Positions 62,380 through 64,000 of a stretch of 64,000 nt of DNA are shown one piece after another. The DNA lies in contig CATNEN010000038.1 in assembly GCA_950097015.1 (NCBI GenBank), positions 14,942,001-15,006,000 of the forward strand, given 5' to 3'. The first letter of the stretch is position 1, and each line of letters begins with the position of its first letter. The notes under the pieces are model-generated. The model searched no databases and was not told the DNA's origin. It was given only the letters and a program-made list of their open reading frames with translations. The translations under genes were made by a program, and so were the position numbers. The stretch comes from Macrostomum hystrix. Lineage: Eukaryota; Animalia; Platyhelminthes.

Positions 62380-62925
62380 TGATTCTAAGAATCAATTATA
62401 CAAGTTGAAGGAAGCCACGACCCACTTTCTAAGAAGCCATAATCCGGCTTCTAAGAAGCGATGATGCAGTTTCTAAGAAGCGATAATCGAGTTTCTAAGA
62501 AGCAATTATTCAGTTTCTAAAAAATCGTGATCTAGTTTCCAAGAAGCCATAATCCAGTTTCTAAGAAGCCATTTTTCAGTTTCTAAGAAGCCATGATCCA
62601 GTTTCTAAGAAGCCATTTTTCAGTTTCTAAGAAGCCATAATCCAGTTTCTAAAAATCGTGATCTAGTTTCCAAGAAGCCATGATGCAGTTTCTAAGAAGC
62701 CATGATCCGGTTTCTAAGAAGCGATGATCCAGTTTCTAAGAAGCCATGATGCAGTTTCTAAGAAACCATGATCCAGTTTCTAAGAAGCCATGATCCAGTT
62801 TCTAAGAAGCCATGATCCAGTTTCTAAGAATTCATTATCTAGACTTTAGAGTCCATAATTATGCATCTAAGAATCCACGTTTGTGTGTTTCTAAGAACTT
62901 ATTATCTAGTTTCTAAGAGTCGCTG
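62380..62925. repeat. 22-bp minisatellite (CCAGTTTCTAAGAAGCCATGAT)n
   Basis: Degenerate tandem repeat. Confidence 0.85.
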
Positions 62926-63699
62926 GTCCATCTTTACACAATAATTACGAGTACTTTATTGTATTGAAATTATCGAATTTCCATACAACCTAAAGTTATT
63001 TAACCTGAAGTTATATAAAAAACGCTAATACTTTAATTTTCAAAATAAAATCACGAAACAATACGGTAAACATATACCTGCCAAACTAAACAAAGACTAG
63101 CACTAGCAGCAGCAGAAGACAGGCACACACACACATCATCAGTCAGGTCAAATGTAAATCTATTGCTTGGAGACAAGTAAAAACGGAGATATCCAACACA
63201 ATGGCACATGGTTATTTGAAACCTGAAGAAGGCAGTTGAATAAAAGATTGGGTTTAGACACCTAACAAACTATCCAAGGCGTGAAGTGGCCTGCTCTACC
63301 TTGACTAGGCCAGTTAGTAAAACTGCATATTTACACCGTTAGCAAAATGGACATAGCCCGGTGACACAATGAAGGCCAATTTATTTTCAACTCAAAAGAA
63401 GACAGCTAGCTGAGTTCAGAACCCCCCGATTAGTTGCTAGCCAAAATTAAAAATGAGATAGCTGTTTAAAAGTGTAATAGAAGTGTCACACAATAACTAG
63501 CACGTATATTGGTCATAGATAAATAGTAAATTGCTCATAGCTTGACATTAAATTGATTATGGATTTAGACTGTTCAGACTTAGAGTTTATATCGGTCATA
63601 TAGCTAAGTCATTCAAATTGTCATTTATCAATTCTGAACTATTCATAGCTTGACATTAAACGGTCGTTTGGCTTGAATCTCAATTTATCATCGAGTGTG

Positions 63700-64000
63700 A
63701 CTCTATAATAGTCGCATAGACTGTGATTCTCTAATAGTCATAGACTGTGATTCTCTAATAGTCATAGACTGTGATTCTCTAATAGTAATAGACTGTGATT
63801 CTCTAATAGTCATAGACTGTGATTCTCTAATAGTAATAGACTGTGATTCTCTAATAGTCATAGACTGTGATTCTCTAATAGTCATAGACTGTGATTCTCT
63901 AATAGTCATAGACTGTGATTCTCTAATAGTCATAGACTGTGATTCTATAATAGTCATAGATTTTGATTCTCTAATAGTCATAGACTGTGATTCTCTAATA
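63700..64000. repeat. 24-bp minisatellite (TAGTCATAGACTGTGATTCTCTAA)n, runs off the window
   Basis: Tandem repeat. Confidence 0.95.

Overview
Eukaryotic (animal) genomic DNA: GC-rich exons sit in AT-rich introns and intergenic DNA packed with many different 15-40 bp minisatellites. The style is reminiscent of free-living flatworms such as Macrostomum, but the species is only an inference. Six protein-coding loci were assembled by hand from reading frames and splice sites. (1) A Kirre/Neph/IrreC-like 5-Ig transmembrane adhesion protein (+, 7 exons 10261-22164, signal-peptide exon not found). (2) An intronless secreted polypeptide precursor with 16 xDPFMGGERRFKKR-type repeats that I cannot assign to a known neuropeptide family (-, 24504-25373). 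(3) LTO1/ORAOV1 (-, 27072-27518). (4) An SRSF10/12-like SR protein with a U12-type AT-AC intron (+, 31274-34598). (5) The C-terminal part of GNPAT/DHAPAT ending in PTS1 SKL, whose catalytic N-terminal exons are not visible (-, 35529-38376). (6) An Iroquois TALE homeobox gene (+, 53169-56269). Mobile DNA comprises four copies of a tRNA-derived SINE with a structured 3' end (one with an 11-bp TSD), an internally deleted Tc1/mariner with ~90-bp TIRs, small hairpin/MITE-like elements and a short interstitial (CCCTAA)n tract. Most long ORFs in the supplied track are artefacts of tandem repeats.
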